From: Lama guanicoe
Taxonomy: Eukaryota
DNA length: 64,000 nt
Assembly: GCA_013239625.1 (NCBI GenBank)
Contig: MU054187.1
Span: forward strand, 20,649,280-20,713,279
Direction: 5' to 3'
Shown here: positions 1 through 13,737 of the stretch, piece by piece
Position numbering within the stretch: position 1 is the stretch's first letter
Layout of the letters: every line of letters begins with the position of its first letter
Notes under the pieces: model-generated
Database searches by the model: none
Told to the model about the DNA's origin: nothing
What the model saw: the letters and a program-made list of their open reading frames with translations, nothing else
Position numbers and translations under genes: made by a program

Positions 1-150
1 ACCAACTGGCTACAAATTCACTGTTTCCCACGACTCCTTCGGGTTTGATAATTCTCTAAAATGACTCACAGAACTCAAGAAAGTGCTATCCTTGCAATTA
101 CTTTTATTATAAAACACAACACATTAGTACCAATCAAGGGAGAGTGAACC
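1..150. mobile_element. LTR fragment, MER21-like (ERVL class), truncated by the window edge
   Basis: accaactggctacaaattc...gactcacagaactcaagaaagtgcta...ttttattataaa resembles the recalled MER21 consensus. Confidence 0.6.
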
Positions 151-2539
151 AGCAATTGGCAGGTGTTTCTAAGTACGATTTTGACATGATTAGCACACGC
201 TGGAAGTTGGAGTAGACGGGGGAGACTGGTGGCGCACCGCCAAGTTAGTAGAATGTTGTCACTATTCAAGTGTGATTATAAGGCACTGCCAAGGGGCATC
301 AAATGAAGAGACCAAACACCAGAGACATTTAAGGGAAACAAAATCAGAAATTCAGGACAACGCATTGATTTAAAACAAATACTGAGATTCCGAGCTTGGG
401 AACGGTTCAACCTCACATCAATGCGCAGGTTTGTTCTGAAAAGAAATTCATACCCAGGTCAGAGAAAAGCATTTGTTTCATAAGTATGTGGGCAAAGTTG
501 AACACTTTGCATCATTTATTTGGAAAATATACTTAGACTTTGGCGTTTTTAACCTGCCAAAAGAGTTTTGGTTTGGGAAGAGCCGGGCACAGGGCAGTAC
601 ATTTGACCATGATGGTTTTTTCTTATCTATGTGATCAGGACACTAAGCAGGTGGCAGAGGTGGTCCTCCTCTTGGCATTCTGTGAGCTTTGGCTTCTCCA
701 TATTGCCAGATTCTGCAGAGGGACAGGCTTTCTGGGGAAAAGAAAATCATATACCAAATATATGTCCTATGGAGGCGTAATACAATCACTTATGAGCAGG
801 ACCGTAAGATTGTACTTAGCAGCTTATAGACATGAAAGTGTTCTCCAGAAAAAGCAACGGTGTTGCCCTTTCTTAGAATTTCTTCTAGCCATGACACCAA
901 TACTGCATTGCAAAAGATATAAAGAGGAGAATTCTTTCTGGACTAAAAGGAAAATCTAAGATTTGAATTCTTTTGAGGGATCATTTGAGCCCTGGCAGGA
1001 AAGTTTTCTTTTCCAAAATTGTTAAGAACATAAATAAACTCCTTTAGCATCTAACAGCTGCATACACCCCCCCATGCTGAGAATGAATGCATTATGCAGC
1101 TTTGGAGTGCAAATGCATGTTTATCAGAGCTCAGAACAAAAACTGAGAATGTTCCAAGAACCAGACATCTGGCAAGAGCCCTGAGAGAAAGGGTAAGGTT
1201 TCCACTGGCAGTAAACCGATAACAAACTGGGGGACCTGGTGGGGATACCTAACATTAATATGCTTAAAAGTATGTTGTCATGTTTGCACTTTTACCAGGT
1301 AAGGACATAGGTATTAAGTACCAATCTGATCAATGTTCTGTGCTCGTTTCATTTCACAATATCTAGACTCTGTGGAAGGGAACAAAGAGAGATTACCTAA
1401 CAGTCCCATTCTTAACTCAAAAATCAATAATTAAAAAAAATTCATATAGAGGTTGTCTTTAGAACACAGAGCATGTTTTTAGATGTCTTTTTAAAGGATT
1501 TGTTTGTTCCTGAGATTGAAACTGCTTTGTAAGAAACAAAGATTCTCACTCAAAGGCTGCATCTCAAACTCCCCCTCTGGGCTGTCTTCCAGGACACAGG
1601 CAACAAGATAAAGCCTCAACTTTTTCTGCCTTGTTCCTTCCTTCCTTTTCAGCCTGAGCCTTGATAATACTGTGTAACTGTATTGATTACCCATTCTCTT
1701 TAAACATTCTTTTCTAGGACTTTTAACCGTGGATTGTAGCAATGGACAGAAAATGGAATTTTCAATACCAGTTCAACGCTGGGTGTGATAGTAAGAAAGC
1801 CACTAACTGTCATTTTTCATGATTTATATTACACCTCAAGAGCACTCCCTGTTGCTAGTACCAAACCATATTTTTTATGTAGACTGAAATTGACACATAT
1901 TAAGGAAAATGAATCTTATTTTTGTTCATGGTCAAATCTATTTCTACATTTTACAAAAGTTTATTTACTAATCTGTTTATTTTAGGCAAAGTTCATACAG
2001 AGTCATAATTTTAGACCTATTTTGGTGTATGTGACAAACCTTTTCATATGTTTGAAATTTGACATTGGATAATGAATCATCACTTAACTGCACATTAGAA
2101 GGTAAAAAGAGCTGTATGAACCACAGATGACAGGATTCTGATTTCAGTCCCAAAACTGAGCAAGATCATGTCTACTATCTTTGGAACCGAGCTCTCAATT
2201 TCAACGCGTGTTCCTTGATGACTTAAAAAGTTTCTTGACAGTCCCCCCACATCTCACACACATTAGCATTGTACCTTTACTTACACTTTTATTCACTTTA
2301 CAGAATAAATAACCTCTCCACCTGGTAAAATTCTATCATGATCTAGATCAAACATCATCTCTTCACTGTGGGTTTCTCTCTCACCAACCTTATCTCCAGC
2401 TTCTAACTTCTAATAGCCAGAAAGCTGCATCTGCGATCGCAAGAAGGAAAAGAACTAACCTACTCTTCCCTGCTCAGCACCTGCTCTCTGGTGCCTGTTA
2501 TCATTCTCGTCGCCATACCCAACGCTCCCGAAGTTTCCT

Positions 2540-2811
2540 TCTGCAAGATGAAGGTAATTTTTATTTGTTTGGCCAAATTTCAGGTTACTTTGCTCTCATA
2601 CTGTCTGCTGGTTAAAAGGTTATTCAGAGAAGTGGTTAGGAAACTTGCCCATGGTGCCAGAGAGAGAAAACAGCAAGGCCAAAATGTGAACTGACAGAAG
2701 ACAGAGCAAGCGTCCTCACATCTGCAAGATGAAGGTAATTTTTATTTGTTTGGCCAAATTGCAGGTTACTTTGCTCTCATACTGTCTGCTGGTTAAAAGG
2801 TTATTCAGAGA
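2540..2811 (+). repeat. Near-perfect 91-bp direct repeat (2540-2630 and 2721-2811) with a 90-bp spacer
   Basis: tctgcaagatgaaggtaatt...ggttattcagaga occurs twice with one mismatch (tttcagg vs ttgcagg). Confidence 0.95.
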
Positions 2812-2815
2812 CTGG

Positions 2816-2846
2816 TCTCTCTCTCTCTCTCTCTCTCTTTTCTCTC
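2816..2846. repeat. (CT)n microsatellite
   Basis: tctctctc tract seen directly. Confidence 0.95.
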
Positions 2847-4122
2847 CAACCATTGCAACCTGAAGGTTAAGCTGATTTGGTGATATTTTTTAGAAGACGA
2901 GGAGACACCTCTTCCATTACTGTCCTCTTTAGACCACCCTGGACTCAGCAGATAAGAATGTCATGAGATTTATAGTCAGCTTTGGAATGAAGTCTTTTGA
3001 TAGAAATGTGGAAAAGACATAAGAGGTTCCTCAACTCTTTAACAATAAAATCCAGTCAAGACTATCTGAGTTTCCTGCACTTTCTTATTGCTTTGCTTGA
3101 AAGCTCAAATTTTGTTAATTATAAAATAATTGGTTGTTTTCCTTTGCCGGTATGCTGTGTCTTTACATCTCCCTCAAGGAAACATCTTTGGAGAAAAGTT
3201 GATTGGCAAGATAGCATTTGTGAATTCCTGCATCCCTTGGCCAAATACCATCTAAAAGTATTTGAATTCGACCATTATATTCCAGAACCCCTACTCTTCA
3301 ATAATAACACCAAAATGCACTTACCCGATTCCTGTGTCAGACCCTCTGTCAGGTTATTCAGGTTTTACTGATTTTTTTTTCATTCCCAGAAGATAGCACA
3401 GAGACTGACGGATCAACATGTGAATAAATGCAATTGGAACTGAAGTAGAATAAATCACTTACTAAGTGTATACAGGAAGTCTAATCTAATGCAGTGTTTT
3501 TAATGTGTAAAGATGATCTGGTTTCCTTCAGAAAGGTGTCTGTGAATAGCTTTTCCACTATTTCCAGCAAGGAGGAGCTGAACCCTATATATTCCTTCTT
3601 TGTTCTGCTTCTGGCCAGTTGCAATTATTTGAAACATATGGATAGAATAAGAGGCACAGTGTAAATGCATGGAACAGAATGGCTGTCTTTGTACAAAGCG
3701 GCTGTCTCATATGGCGGGTGAAGCCTTGACCTTAGCCTCATTAACACCAGGCTCTAATGAGCTGAGGCAATGGGCCCAGATTGTTACCCCAGCAGGGATC
3801 ACATATAATTTAATTCAGCTAGCCCTTGTTTTCATAAGACTGATTTTTAAGATCAAGATATAAGGCATGTACTTTTTTTCAAGATTTTTCACACAGTCTA
3901 CATACACGTCCTGGTGGTTAGACCTATAAAGTAAACATCAACTTACAAATCACTTCATACTTATTCATTTCAAGTAGGTTACTAGCTGCTGCCACAAATG
4001 GTACCTCCAGGTAGGTACAGTCCCATAACAGACGGGTTGGTTGGTCAGGCGCCAACAGATCAAGGAAAATGACAAGTCAATAATGCAGGAGACAAGTAGA
4101 AATTCTGATTTTGAAAACATAA

Positions 4123-4270
4123 GAAGGAGGTCGGGTATAGCTCAGTGGTAGAGTGTATGTATGCTTAGCATGCATGAGGTCCTGGGTTCAATCCCCGGTA
4201 CTTCCAGTAAACAAACAAACCAACCTAATTGCCTCCACCCTCCCAAAAAAAAAATTCAAAAGAGATATTA
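4123..4270 (+). mobile_element. tRNA-derived SINE (camelid vic-1-like)
   Basis: A box (tagctcagtggtaga), B box (gggttcaatccc), A-rich tail, flanking duplication GAAAACATAA at 4113-4122 and 4271-4280. Confidence 0.88.
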
Positions 4271-4464
4271 GAAAACATAAATAACTTGAGAAGACAAAAT
4301 AAAATACTCTGTGATTTTGACCTTTCTCAGAATCGTTTGATCTAATGATTACCTTACCCCGACTCAAGCAATTTATATCTATATACCAATATAGATACTC
4401 ATATAAATACATATGGTGTATATATATAATGACAAAACTGGTCAAATGGTGACAAACCGCAGCA

Positions 4465-4665
4465 ACATTTGGGCCATATATGGAAATATAGCCCATGGCC
4501 TGTATTTGTAAGTTTTCAGGAAAAAAAATACCATGCTCATTTCTTTCCATTTTTGCTTTCCTGCTACAATACAGACTTAAATAACTGCAACTGAGACTGA
4601 ATGGTCCACAAAATCTATAAAATATTTATTATCTAGCCCTCTGCAGAAAAAGTTTGCTTAATGCT
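4465..4665. mobile_element. hAT-Charlie non-autonomous DNA transposon, MER58A-like
   Basis: gagactgaatggtccacaaaatctataaaatatttattatctagccctctgcagaaaaagtttgct resembles the MER58 terminus. Confidence 0.65.
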
Positions 4666-5157
4666 AACCCTCAATAGATGGTCATTTAACAAATATTAGC
4701 TGACTAAAAATTTATGTTTTAACTTTCACCAGGATGACTTATTTTGTCCCTGCAATGAGAAGTGCATAGAGATCTTAGTTCCTGGACCTCAGGGCCAATC
4801 TCTATGCCCCATCGATTGGTTATCATTTAATTTCTTTGGGCCTTAATTCCTTTAGCAATAAATATTTTCCATTGGGTTATATATTCTCTGGAATACTTTC
4901 TGCACTCTAACTTCATAATTTTAGTTTTAAGAATTTTAAAATGAAGTTCTTTAACTGCCCTAGAATATGAAAATCTCCCACAAACTAGACTCTCCAGCAA
5001 TCCATCCTTCGCAATCTGGAGGAATGGTTGGGATTTCATCACTAACACTCAATGCATAGACCAGATCTGCGAATCCATGTATAGCAGTTCTGAAGGTTGT
5101 TATGAGACTCAGAATAGCAATTGTGGTGGATTAAACTGATTAAAAAGGGAGACTACA

Positions 5158-7109
5158 CTCCTAGGCTTCAGACAATACTATAGAGCTACAGTCATCAAAA
5201 CAGTATGGTATTTGGAACATATGGACCAATGGAACAGAATAGAGAGCCCAGAAATGAACCCACAAACTTTTGGCCAACTAATCTTTGACAAAGAAGGCAA
5301 GCATATACAATGGAATAAAGACAGTCTCTTCAGCAAATGGTGTTGACAAAACTGGACAGCAGTATGTAAATCAGTGAAGCTAGAACACTCCCTTACACCA
5401 TACTCAAAAATAAACTCAAAATGGATCAAAGACTTAAACATAAGACAAGGCACAATAAACCTCCTAGAAGAAAATAAAGGCAAAACATTATTTGACATAC
5501 ATCTCAAAAATGTTCTCCTAGGGCAGTCTACCCAAGCAATAGCAATAAAAGCAAGAATAAACAAATGGGACCTAATTAAACTTACAAGCTTCTGCACAGC
5601 AAAGGAAACCATAAGTAAAACAAAAAGACAACCTATGGAATGGGAGAAAATTTTTGTAAATGATGTAACCAACAAAGGTTTGATTTCCAGAATACATAAG
5701 CAGCTCAAATGACTTAATAAGAAAAAAAACAAACAACCCGATCCAAAAATGGGCAGAAGACCTAAGCAAGCAAGTCTCCAAGGGAGAAATACAAATGATC
5801 AACAGGCACATGTAAAAATGCTCAGTATCACTAATTATCAGAGAAATGCAAATCAAAACTACAATGAGGTATCACCTCACACCAGTCAGAATGGCCATCA
5901 TTCAAAAGTCCACAAATGACAAATGCTGGAGAGGCTGTGGAGAAAGGGGAACCCTCCTACACTGCTGGTGGGAATGCAGGTTGGTGCAGCCACTGTGGAA
6001 AACAGTATGGAGATTCGTCAAAAGGCTAGGAATAGATTTACCATATGACCCAGGAATCCTGCTCCTGGGTATACATCCAGTAGAAACCCTATTTCAAAAT
6101 GACACCTGCACCCCAATGTTCATAGCAGCACTATTTACAGTAGCCAAGACATGGAGACAGCCTAAATGTCCATCAACAGATGACTGGATAAAGAAGAGGT
6201 GGTATATTTATACAATGGAATACTACTCAGCCATAAAAACCGACAACATAATGCCATTTGCAGCAACATGGATGCTCCTGGAGAATGTCATTCTAAGTGA
6301 AGTAAGCCAGAAAGAGAAAGGAAAATACCATATGAGACCGCTCACATATGGAATCTAAAAACAAAAAACAACAACAACAAAAACAAAGCATAAATACAAA
6401 ACAGAAATAGACCCACAGACATAGAATATAAACTTGTGGTTGCAAGGGGGTGGAGGGTGGGAAGAGATAGACTGGGATTTCAAAATTGTAGAATAGGTAA
6501 ACAAGATTATGTTGTATAGCACAGGGAAATATATACAAGATCTTATGGTACCTCACAGAGAAAAAAANNNNNNNNNNNNNNNNNNNNNNNNNNNNNNNNN
6601 NNNNNNNNNNNNNNNNNNNNNNNNNNNNNNNNNNNNNNNNNNNNNNNNNNNNNNNNNNNNNNNNNNNNNNNNNNNNNNNNNNNNNNNNNNNNNNNNNNNN
6701 NNNNNNNNNNNNNNNNNNNNNNNNNNNNNNNNNNNNNNNNNNNNNNNAAAAAAAAAAAAAAAACAAATACAAAACAGAAGCAGACTCATAGACACAGAAT
6801 ACAAACTTGTGGTTGCCAGGGGGGCGGGAGGTGGGAAGGGACAGACTGGTAGTTCAAAATTTGTAGACACTGACAGGCATATGCAGAATAGATAAACAAG
6901 ATTATACTGTATAGCACAGGGAAATACATACAAGGTCTTATGGTAGCTCACAAGGGAAAAAAATGTGACAATGAATATATGTATGTTCATGTGTAAGTGA
7001 AAAATTGTGCTCTACACTGGAAATTGACACAACATTGTAAAATGACTATCAGTCAATAAAAAAAGTTTAAAAATAAATAAATAAAATTAAAAAATTAAAA
7101 AATTAAAAA
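5158..7109 (+). mobile_element. 5'-truncated young LINE-1 (ORF2 C-terminus, 3'UTR, poly-A), interrupted by an assembly gap
   Basis: ORFs 5374-5712 and 5846-6358 translate to L1 ORF2p C-terminal motifs ([29 protein letters not shown] zinc knuckle; [16 protein letters not shown]); 17-bp TSD taaaaagggaga(c/g)taca at 5141-5157 and 7110-7126. Confidence 0.95.
6568..6747. other. Assembly gap (180 N)
   Basis: run of N. Confidence 1.
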
Positions 7110-9557
7110 TAAAAAGGGAGAGTACAGCTTACGCTCAAGTTCTGCAAAATTCATGCCTCCCGTGTCATTACTGACTCTATACACATTCTGATCGTATTTC
7201 TTAGTGGTGTCCACGGGTGGCCTGTCATATGCTCATCTCCCCTAGACTGCTCTAACTGTCCCTGGTCCTCCATGATAGAGATCCAGCTTTCTTTCAATGA
7301 ACTCTTTTGCTATAGAAATGCAAATATTCTATGTCCCTCCTCACAGTGTGAGATGGCTGGCACATGGCACTGCAGGGACTTGGGCGTCTTACCCATCTCA
7401 AAGATGGAGGCTAGTTAGGGCTGCTTCACGATGGCTCCAATGTAGGATTTGCATATTTTCCCCCTTTATTTCTTATGTCTCCTCTTAACAGTGGAACTAT
7501 ATATGAATTAATGGAGATGAGGATATAGTAATACAACAGTGAATGAAAACATATTGAGAAATACCATTTCATTATAAAGATTTTATAACTTAAAAAATTA
7601 ATGTGGGAAACTGAATCCCCTACTAGCCTATATATGAAGTGTTTTTTTTTGTTTTGTTTTTTACTACTTACAGGAACCAAGAGTCTTGATAATTTGTCGA
7701 TTACTGTTTGGTAAATCAGCCACTGCAATTCATCTTGCAACATTATCATCTTATGTATTTTTGCATTTAGGAAGAATTAAGAACATACAGAAAGGACTCA
7801 AAGGCTTTTTCTTTGCTTAGAGATCCACTTTGTCCTATAACCTTTAGCTCAAGATCATGAAAATTTTCCTTTGCCTAAGCAAGGACCAATCAGATTTGGC
7901 TTTGGAAGTATTCCAGAAGATCAAGTAAAAACATTCAAATTTAGATCACTATTTCCAACCTATTGGAAATTCAACAGTGGCGTGTGCCCAGCCTCCTACT
8001 GTCTATACCAGCCATGAATGAAAATCATTAGCTTGGTGGTTAGGACAACACGAATGCTTTTTTTAAAAAATTTTTAGGCAGAAGGAGTAAAGTAATATGC
8101 ATTACGGATAAAATTTAAGTATACGGTTCTTACATTTCATTTACTGGTTTCTGTCTTTTGTCATCTTAACATTTCTGGCTCACTGTGATTAACAGAGTCA
8201 AAGGCAGTCTGGCTCAAAGAGTCTTCCATTACATTAAATACATTCCAGGACTGATATTCATGAAAGTATGCTGATCTCTCTGCTTATAGAACTTTAATTT
8301 TGAAAACACATTTATAGCATGAGAAATTGTAACAATTTTTAAAGTATATTTTATTAAATGAATAAATTAATTTATTTCACCATTCACTAAAAAATCGATA
8401 AGACTAGTTGATTTCTTTGTCCCCCTGATGAATACAGGCCTTTAGAAAGTTTAGAAAGAACCATAAAACAGGAGCTCAGCTTTTCAAAAATTTTTACAAA
8501 AATGGTCATAATAAATATATGAGATTGACACCTATGTCCCAGGTACCACTTGAGAGTATAGATGAAGATTGTAAGCCACAGCAATAAAAGATGGGTATTA
8601 GGAGAAGCCACATAAAAAGTCTGTACAAGTAGTTGGACACAGAGAAATATCAGGGAGGTAAGACAGGGAGTACCAATCCAAGGGCAAAACCACAGAATAA
8701 AAGACTGGAATGGAGACAAATCAAATTCAGGAAGGGACCCAGGAGTCCATGAATAATCCAAAGGTGTCAAACTAAAGCCAAGGATCGGGGAGAAGGGAAT
8801 AAAAGGGCCAGCAAAAGTCCCGGTAAAGCAGACGGTTTGAAGAAAGAGGTTGATTAAATATTTAATGATTAATTCCAGTTATATTAAAACTTCCAAAAAA
8901 ACTTAACACCATTCCTGCAAAAAGTCACCCACAAGACAGTGGGGACCTCATAGATTAGAAACAAATCTTTTGTTTTTATTTGTCAGTTGCAGACAAAGAC
9001 AATGTATTGAATCTTACTCAGAAATATGAAATGACTGACAGAATTGAGGGAAAGTTGGAACCACCAGTGTGTAGGCTGGATTTCGATGGTGTAGTTCCCT
9101 GATCTAATCTGGGTAACAAAAAGCCATGAACAACTCTTTCAGTGTGGCACCATTAAAACTATTTAGATCTGCACCTTTTCATTCTTATATATTGTGAGAT
9201 TCAAATTCTATAAGTAAAAGTTCATATTGGCCTGCCCTACAACTTATCCCCAGGTCATGACCAACAATTTCATTGTCATTTCAAGAAGAAAGTTAACTAG
9301 CTCCCTAAGGGTGTGCCCGGGGTGATGTTATCCAAAAAATAAAAAATAAAAAAAAATACAAGCTCCAAGGGTTTCTGAAACTAGAAATACAAAAGATAAA
9401 GTACTTCTTGACATTAAGGCAACATTCTACTGCAATCTGAATTTTCCTGAGTCCTCAACCTGCTTATAATGCAACCTCACATCAAAAACCTAATAATCTG
9501 GCAGACTCTGCCTAAGGACGAAAGCAGCCCACTTCTGGACAGCCACATCTTTTTGAT

Positions 9558-9726
9558 TTATTTTGTCTTAACAGCTTTATTGAAATATAATTGATCTACA
9601 ATAAAACTGCGCATGTTTAACGTATACCATTTCATGAATTTAACATACCCATACTTCCATAATGCACCGTCAGCACGATTGAGGTAATAAACATATCCAT
9701 CACCTCCAAAAGTTTCCTTGGGTCCC

Positions 9727-9760
<34 letters not shown>

Positions 9761-9828
9761 GTTTGTTTGTTTTGTTTGTAGGAAGAACATTTAACATGAG
9801 ATCTACCCTCTTAACAAATTTTTGAACA
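9558..9828 (-). mobile_element. Old L1M 3'UTR fragment containing a (TG)n microsatellite (~9729-9758)
   Basis: aacagctttattgaaatataattgat...aaactgcgcatgtttaacgtatac is typical of an antisense L1MA/MB 3' end. Confidence 0.75.
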
Positions 9829-12069
9829 GACAGCCACTCCTTGGCACCCATGCCATGGTCCCCACCCCATTCCCAGTTAATGTCCTCTAACTTTAGGTCT
9901 ACAGACCATAGAAACTCAGGTGGAAGATGTGGTGCCTTGATCCCAGAGTAAAACTCAGCAGACTTTGGAAACTTTGAGATCTTCCTTCATAAAGGACAAA
10001 ATGGAAATACTGTATATACATTAATAGACTGTTGATGATGATGTGTGGGTGTGTATTTTTTTACTTGCCAAAGGACTCACATAGCTTGTGTTACAATGCA
10101 CAATTATGGGGCAACTGAAAATAAACACAACAAAATCAACATTTTAAAGCAGACCCTAGACTTCAGATTCATATGGGATACAGTCAAGCATTATATTTAG
10201 TCCTAACTGTAGTTCTCGTCTTTAACTACACATCCATAAACCTGATTTAACAGAGGGGAGAAGATTAACTAGACAGAAGGGAGAAAACAATTTGAAATTC
10301 TAGACATGAAACTACCACAATGTTTATTTTTCTCATATACCATCATTAGGGTCACTAAAAACCTACAATTCTTGTTTTTGTCTCCTTTACTGTGTTCTGT
10401 ATTCTAAAAGTAAAACAGAATCTTTTCAAATGTTTAATAAGGTAAAATCTCTGGCGCATTTCTAGCAAAGGAAATGTGCGGTGCTCCATTCGAGGTGTCA
10501 CCTTCTTCGTCAGGGCAGTGGAAATGGAAGGGAGGCAGCCTCACCATTTTTAATACAAAGCCTATAGGCATTAAGAATGGAGACCCACCCTAGAGCCATA
10601 CGCTTACTTTGGGATGCATAAAGACACAGCAAAATATCTCAGTTTGCCACTTTTGGGTTCTGTAGTCCATTTCATCTTTTTTTCCATATTGTTATCTCAA
10701 GGCCCATTGGAGGCAATATCATTCTCCTAAACGATGCAGGCCTGTGTGTGAGTTTATGGGTGGGGAGGGGAAGGTTTGAGAATTTAGGAACGGCAGTGAT
10801 GCAACGCTCTACTAATATAATCTACGTGCTACACACTATTTTATATGATCATATTGAAATCAGATCTTATGAGAGTGATGCATGATTTTCTATTTTACCT
10901 TGGTTGATCTTCATAAATCCAAATAACTTCAACAAACTTTACTTTAAAATGCTTCCTTAAATATATTGTTAATTTCACAATCAGGGTGACTATGTTCATG
11001 TTTAATTATATGCTTTATTTCACAACAATTAATTCTCGGTCACCCTTACAAATGTAAGCTGCTTACTGTCCCTTTGCATTTTACTACTTAGTGTGCTTTA
11101 ATACACGTTTTCCTATTTCAGTGGACACGCAAAGATAAAAATAAACAAGACTGCTCATTTTTCCCGGTTTGCCCTTGTTTTGACAAGCCAACACTGTGAT
11201 CCCCTAACACTCTGAGTCATAGATGGGGAAGCTTACTGTACAGATGTTGCTGATATGCTATGTATTAGATTAATCTCCACAGCCAAGGGGAACTAAAGTG
11301 TTAATGCAATTAAGTTCTTAATTTCAGGTCCAAATATTTTACTTCCCTATAGTAAATCCTCCTTATTAAGTAGGTAGCACATATGGGCAGAAATAATTCT
11401 CTCTAATCAAACATTCTCTAGGGTCCTTACTTGACCTTTTTTTTTTATTCTGATAATCAACATATTGTAATAGGTAAATTCTAGGCATCTCTAGATTATT
11501 ATAACTGGTATGGCATACTAATAAGTAACTTTATAATATTTTTCAAAGTGATAAAAGTTATTAAGAATTGTTGAAATAAGGGACACCCTCTGAAATGACC
11601 CACACATACATTCATTTACATGCACACATACATAAACACACACACACAGTAATTTAGATATTAGTGCCTAATATTTACAGATTTACCATGTGGTGAGATG
11701 CCAATCTCCCAACTGGTGCAATCAAAAGAATCACTTGTTTATTTGAGGGGTGGGTGTGGTGTTCAAGGCTGAATTTTCTAAAATCTAAGATTCTGTGATT
11801 CTAATTTGAGTGTTCTATCATGTTCTTGCCTAATCTGTCTGCCCTCACTTCTCTGAGGTTATTAGCAAATTGTTAGAAGCACTTTATGTGACGGGCGGGG
11901 TATTTCTTGGCCTCTTTTTTTTATGTGCTTGTAGAGAAAATTTTACTCCATGTAATATTAAGCTTCTCTGTCTCTTTAACCAGTTTTTGATGTCATTTCC
12001 AGCAAATGAACTATTTTCACCATGGTTAAGTAATTTACATCTCTTTTAGAAATAAGAATCAAAACTTGT

Positions 12070-12575
12070 TTACCAGCATGGATAGACCTTGAAGACATCA
12101 TGCCTCGTGAAGTAAGTCAACAGGGAAAGACAAATACTGTATAATCTCACTTATATATGGAATTTTTAAATGAATAAACATACTTACAGAAACAGAAAAA
12201 GAGATCAGACTACTTGTGGTTATCAGAGGTGGAAGGCCCAGGGGCGGGGAGAATTGGAGGGAGGTGGTCAAAAAGTACAAACTTCGAATTATAAGATGAA
12301 TACTAGAGAGGTAACGGACAGCATGGTAACTATACCTAATGCTGCTGTACGCTGTACAGCAAAACTGCTAAGAGAGTAAATCCTGCGTGTTCTCATCACA
12401 GGGAAAATTTATTTTTTTTCTTTCCTTTCTTTTGGTATCTATATGAGAAGATGGATGTTAACTGAACCTAGAGGGGCAATCATTTCACAAGATATGTAAA
12501 TCAAAGCATCATGGTGTGTGCCTTAAACTTACAGTGATGTATGTCAATTACTTCCTAATAAGACAGAGAAAAAAT
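12070..12575 (+). mobile_element. L1 3' end fragment (L1MA-type)
   Basis: cagcatggatagaccttgaagacatcatg...agtaagtca (end of ORF2) followed by a typical 3'UTR and A-rich end. Confidence 0.8.
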
Positions 12576-13045
12576 AATTTGTTTTAAATCTTACCTACAA
12601 AACTAATCACATTGGCAAGTGAATGAGGCTGAAACGATCTATCTGACAATGGATTAGAGTTGGAAACATTAGTCTGAACTCAGATTTAGCTTTATATAGA
12701 TACAAGGGCTTACTTAGAGACAGACTTATGGATGTGTGCATATATACTGGCTGTGTTTCACCTCTGTGCCACCACTGCAGACCACCAATTTCAGGCTAGG
12801 GTTCTACTCGAGGCTGATTTTCCTACTTGGGTCCACTGGCCCAACAGCTATTTATTCAGTGCCTACATACATATACACACATACATTTATTAAAAAGTTA
12901 AGATAGTCTTATTTTGCTTTCTGTGGCTGGCAGATGAAGGACTGGGGTGCAAAATAGCATTTAAAAAACCTCTCCCTGACCTCTAAGGGTTCTTGCAACT
13001 AAGAGTGACTATTTTTAAAACAAAAAATTCTAAATGTAAACAGAT

Positions 13046-13485
13046 TGTTATGGGTTGAATTGTGTCCCCCCTGAAAGATGATGAAGTCCTAACCCTCAGT
13101 CCCTGTGGACATTCCCTATAAGGGCATAGGGTATTTGCAAATGATCAGGTTAGGAAGAGGCGGGCCTCACGAGGGTGAGCCTTAATCCAGTATGATGGTG
13201 ACCTTATGAAAGGGGGAAATTGAGACACACAGCCAGGTAAGCACACAGGGAGAACACCATCAAGAGATGAAAGCAGAGATCGGGGTGATGCAGCCACAAA
13301 GGCAAGAAATGCCGAAGAATGCAGACTATCAGAAACGTGGAACAGATTCCCTCTTGGAAAAAAACAACCCTGCCAGCGCCTTGATCTCCGACTTTATCCT
13401 TCTGACTTGTGAGAAAATACATTTCTGTTGTTAAAGACTCCCCACTTGTGCTTCCCGGTGGTGACAGTCCTAGGAAACTAATACA
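13046..13485 (+). mobile_element. MLT1 (MaLR) solo LTR, MLT1B/C-like
   Basis: begins tgttatgggttgaattgtgtcccc and ends ctaggaaactaataca. Confidence 0.88.
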
Positions 13486-13737
13486 TATGCAGATAAATCA
13501 TAAATACAGGACAGAAAGGAAAATGCCAACATAAAAGAAAATGACTTTGGGAAAGTACTTAAGATTTAACTGAAGCAGTGTTACTAGAAAACTGGATTCC
13601 AAAGTCATGCAAGATAGACTTACAACATACTCATTTTTTTTCTAATCCAGCAAAAAGAGGAAGAATTTACCTAGGATCACCAAAGAATTACAATTCAGGC
13701 AAGTCCTATGCAAATCTCCAGTAAAAAATAGATGGGA

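Noticed and set aside
540..959. 139-aa ORF (likewise 2997-3371, 14701-15153, 34400-34720, 56710-57075)
   Set aside because: No recognisable domain or splice context, and lengths are compatible with chance ORFs in non-coding DNA
2540..2811. CRISPR-like or LTR-pair interpretation of the direct repeat
   Set aside because: Only two copies, mammalian context, and no TG...CA termini or TSD
4130..4205. tRNA gene (also 23070-23143, 30955-31026, 62525-62600, 62900-62975)
   Set aside because: They have A and B boxes but no proper acceptor-stem pairing, and they carry a shared non-tRNA tail, poly-A and TSDs, so they are SINEs
5178..6358. Long ORFs (184, 112, 170 aa) as host genes
   Set aside because: Sense fragments and antisense shadows of a stop- and frameshift-containing L1 ORF2
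6293..6990. ORFs spanning the X run
   Set aside because: Artefacts of the N gap
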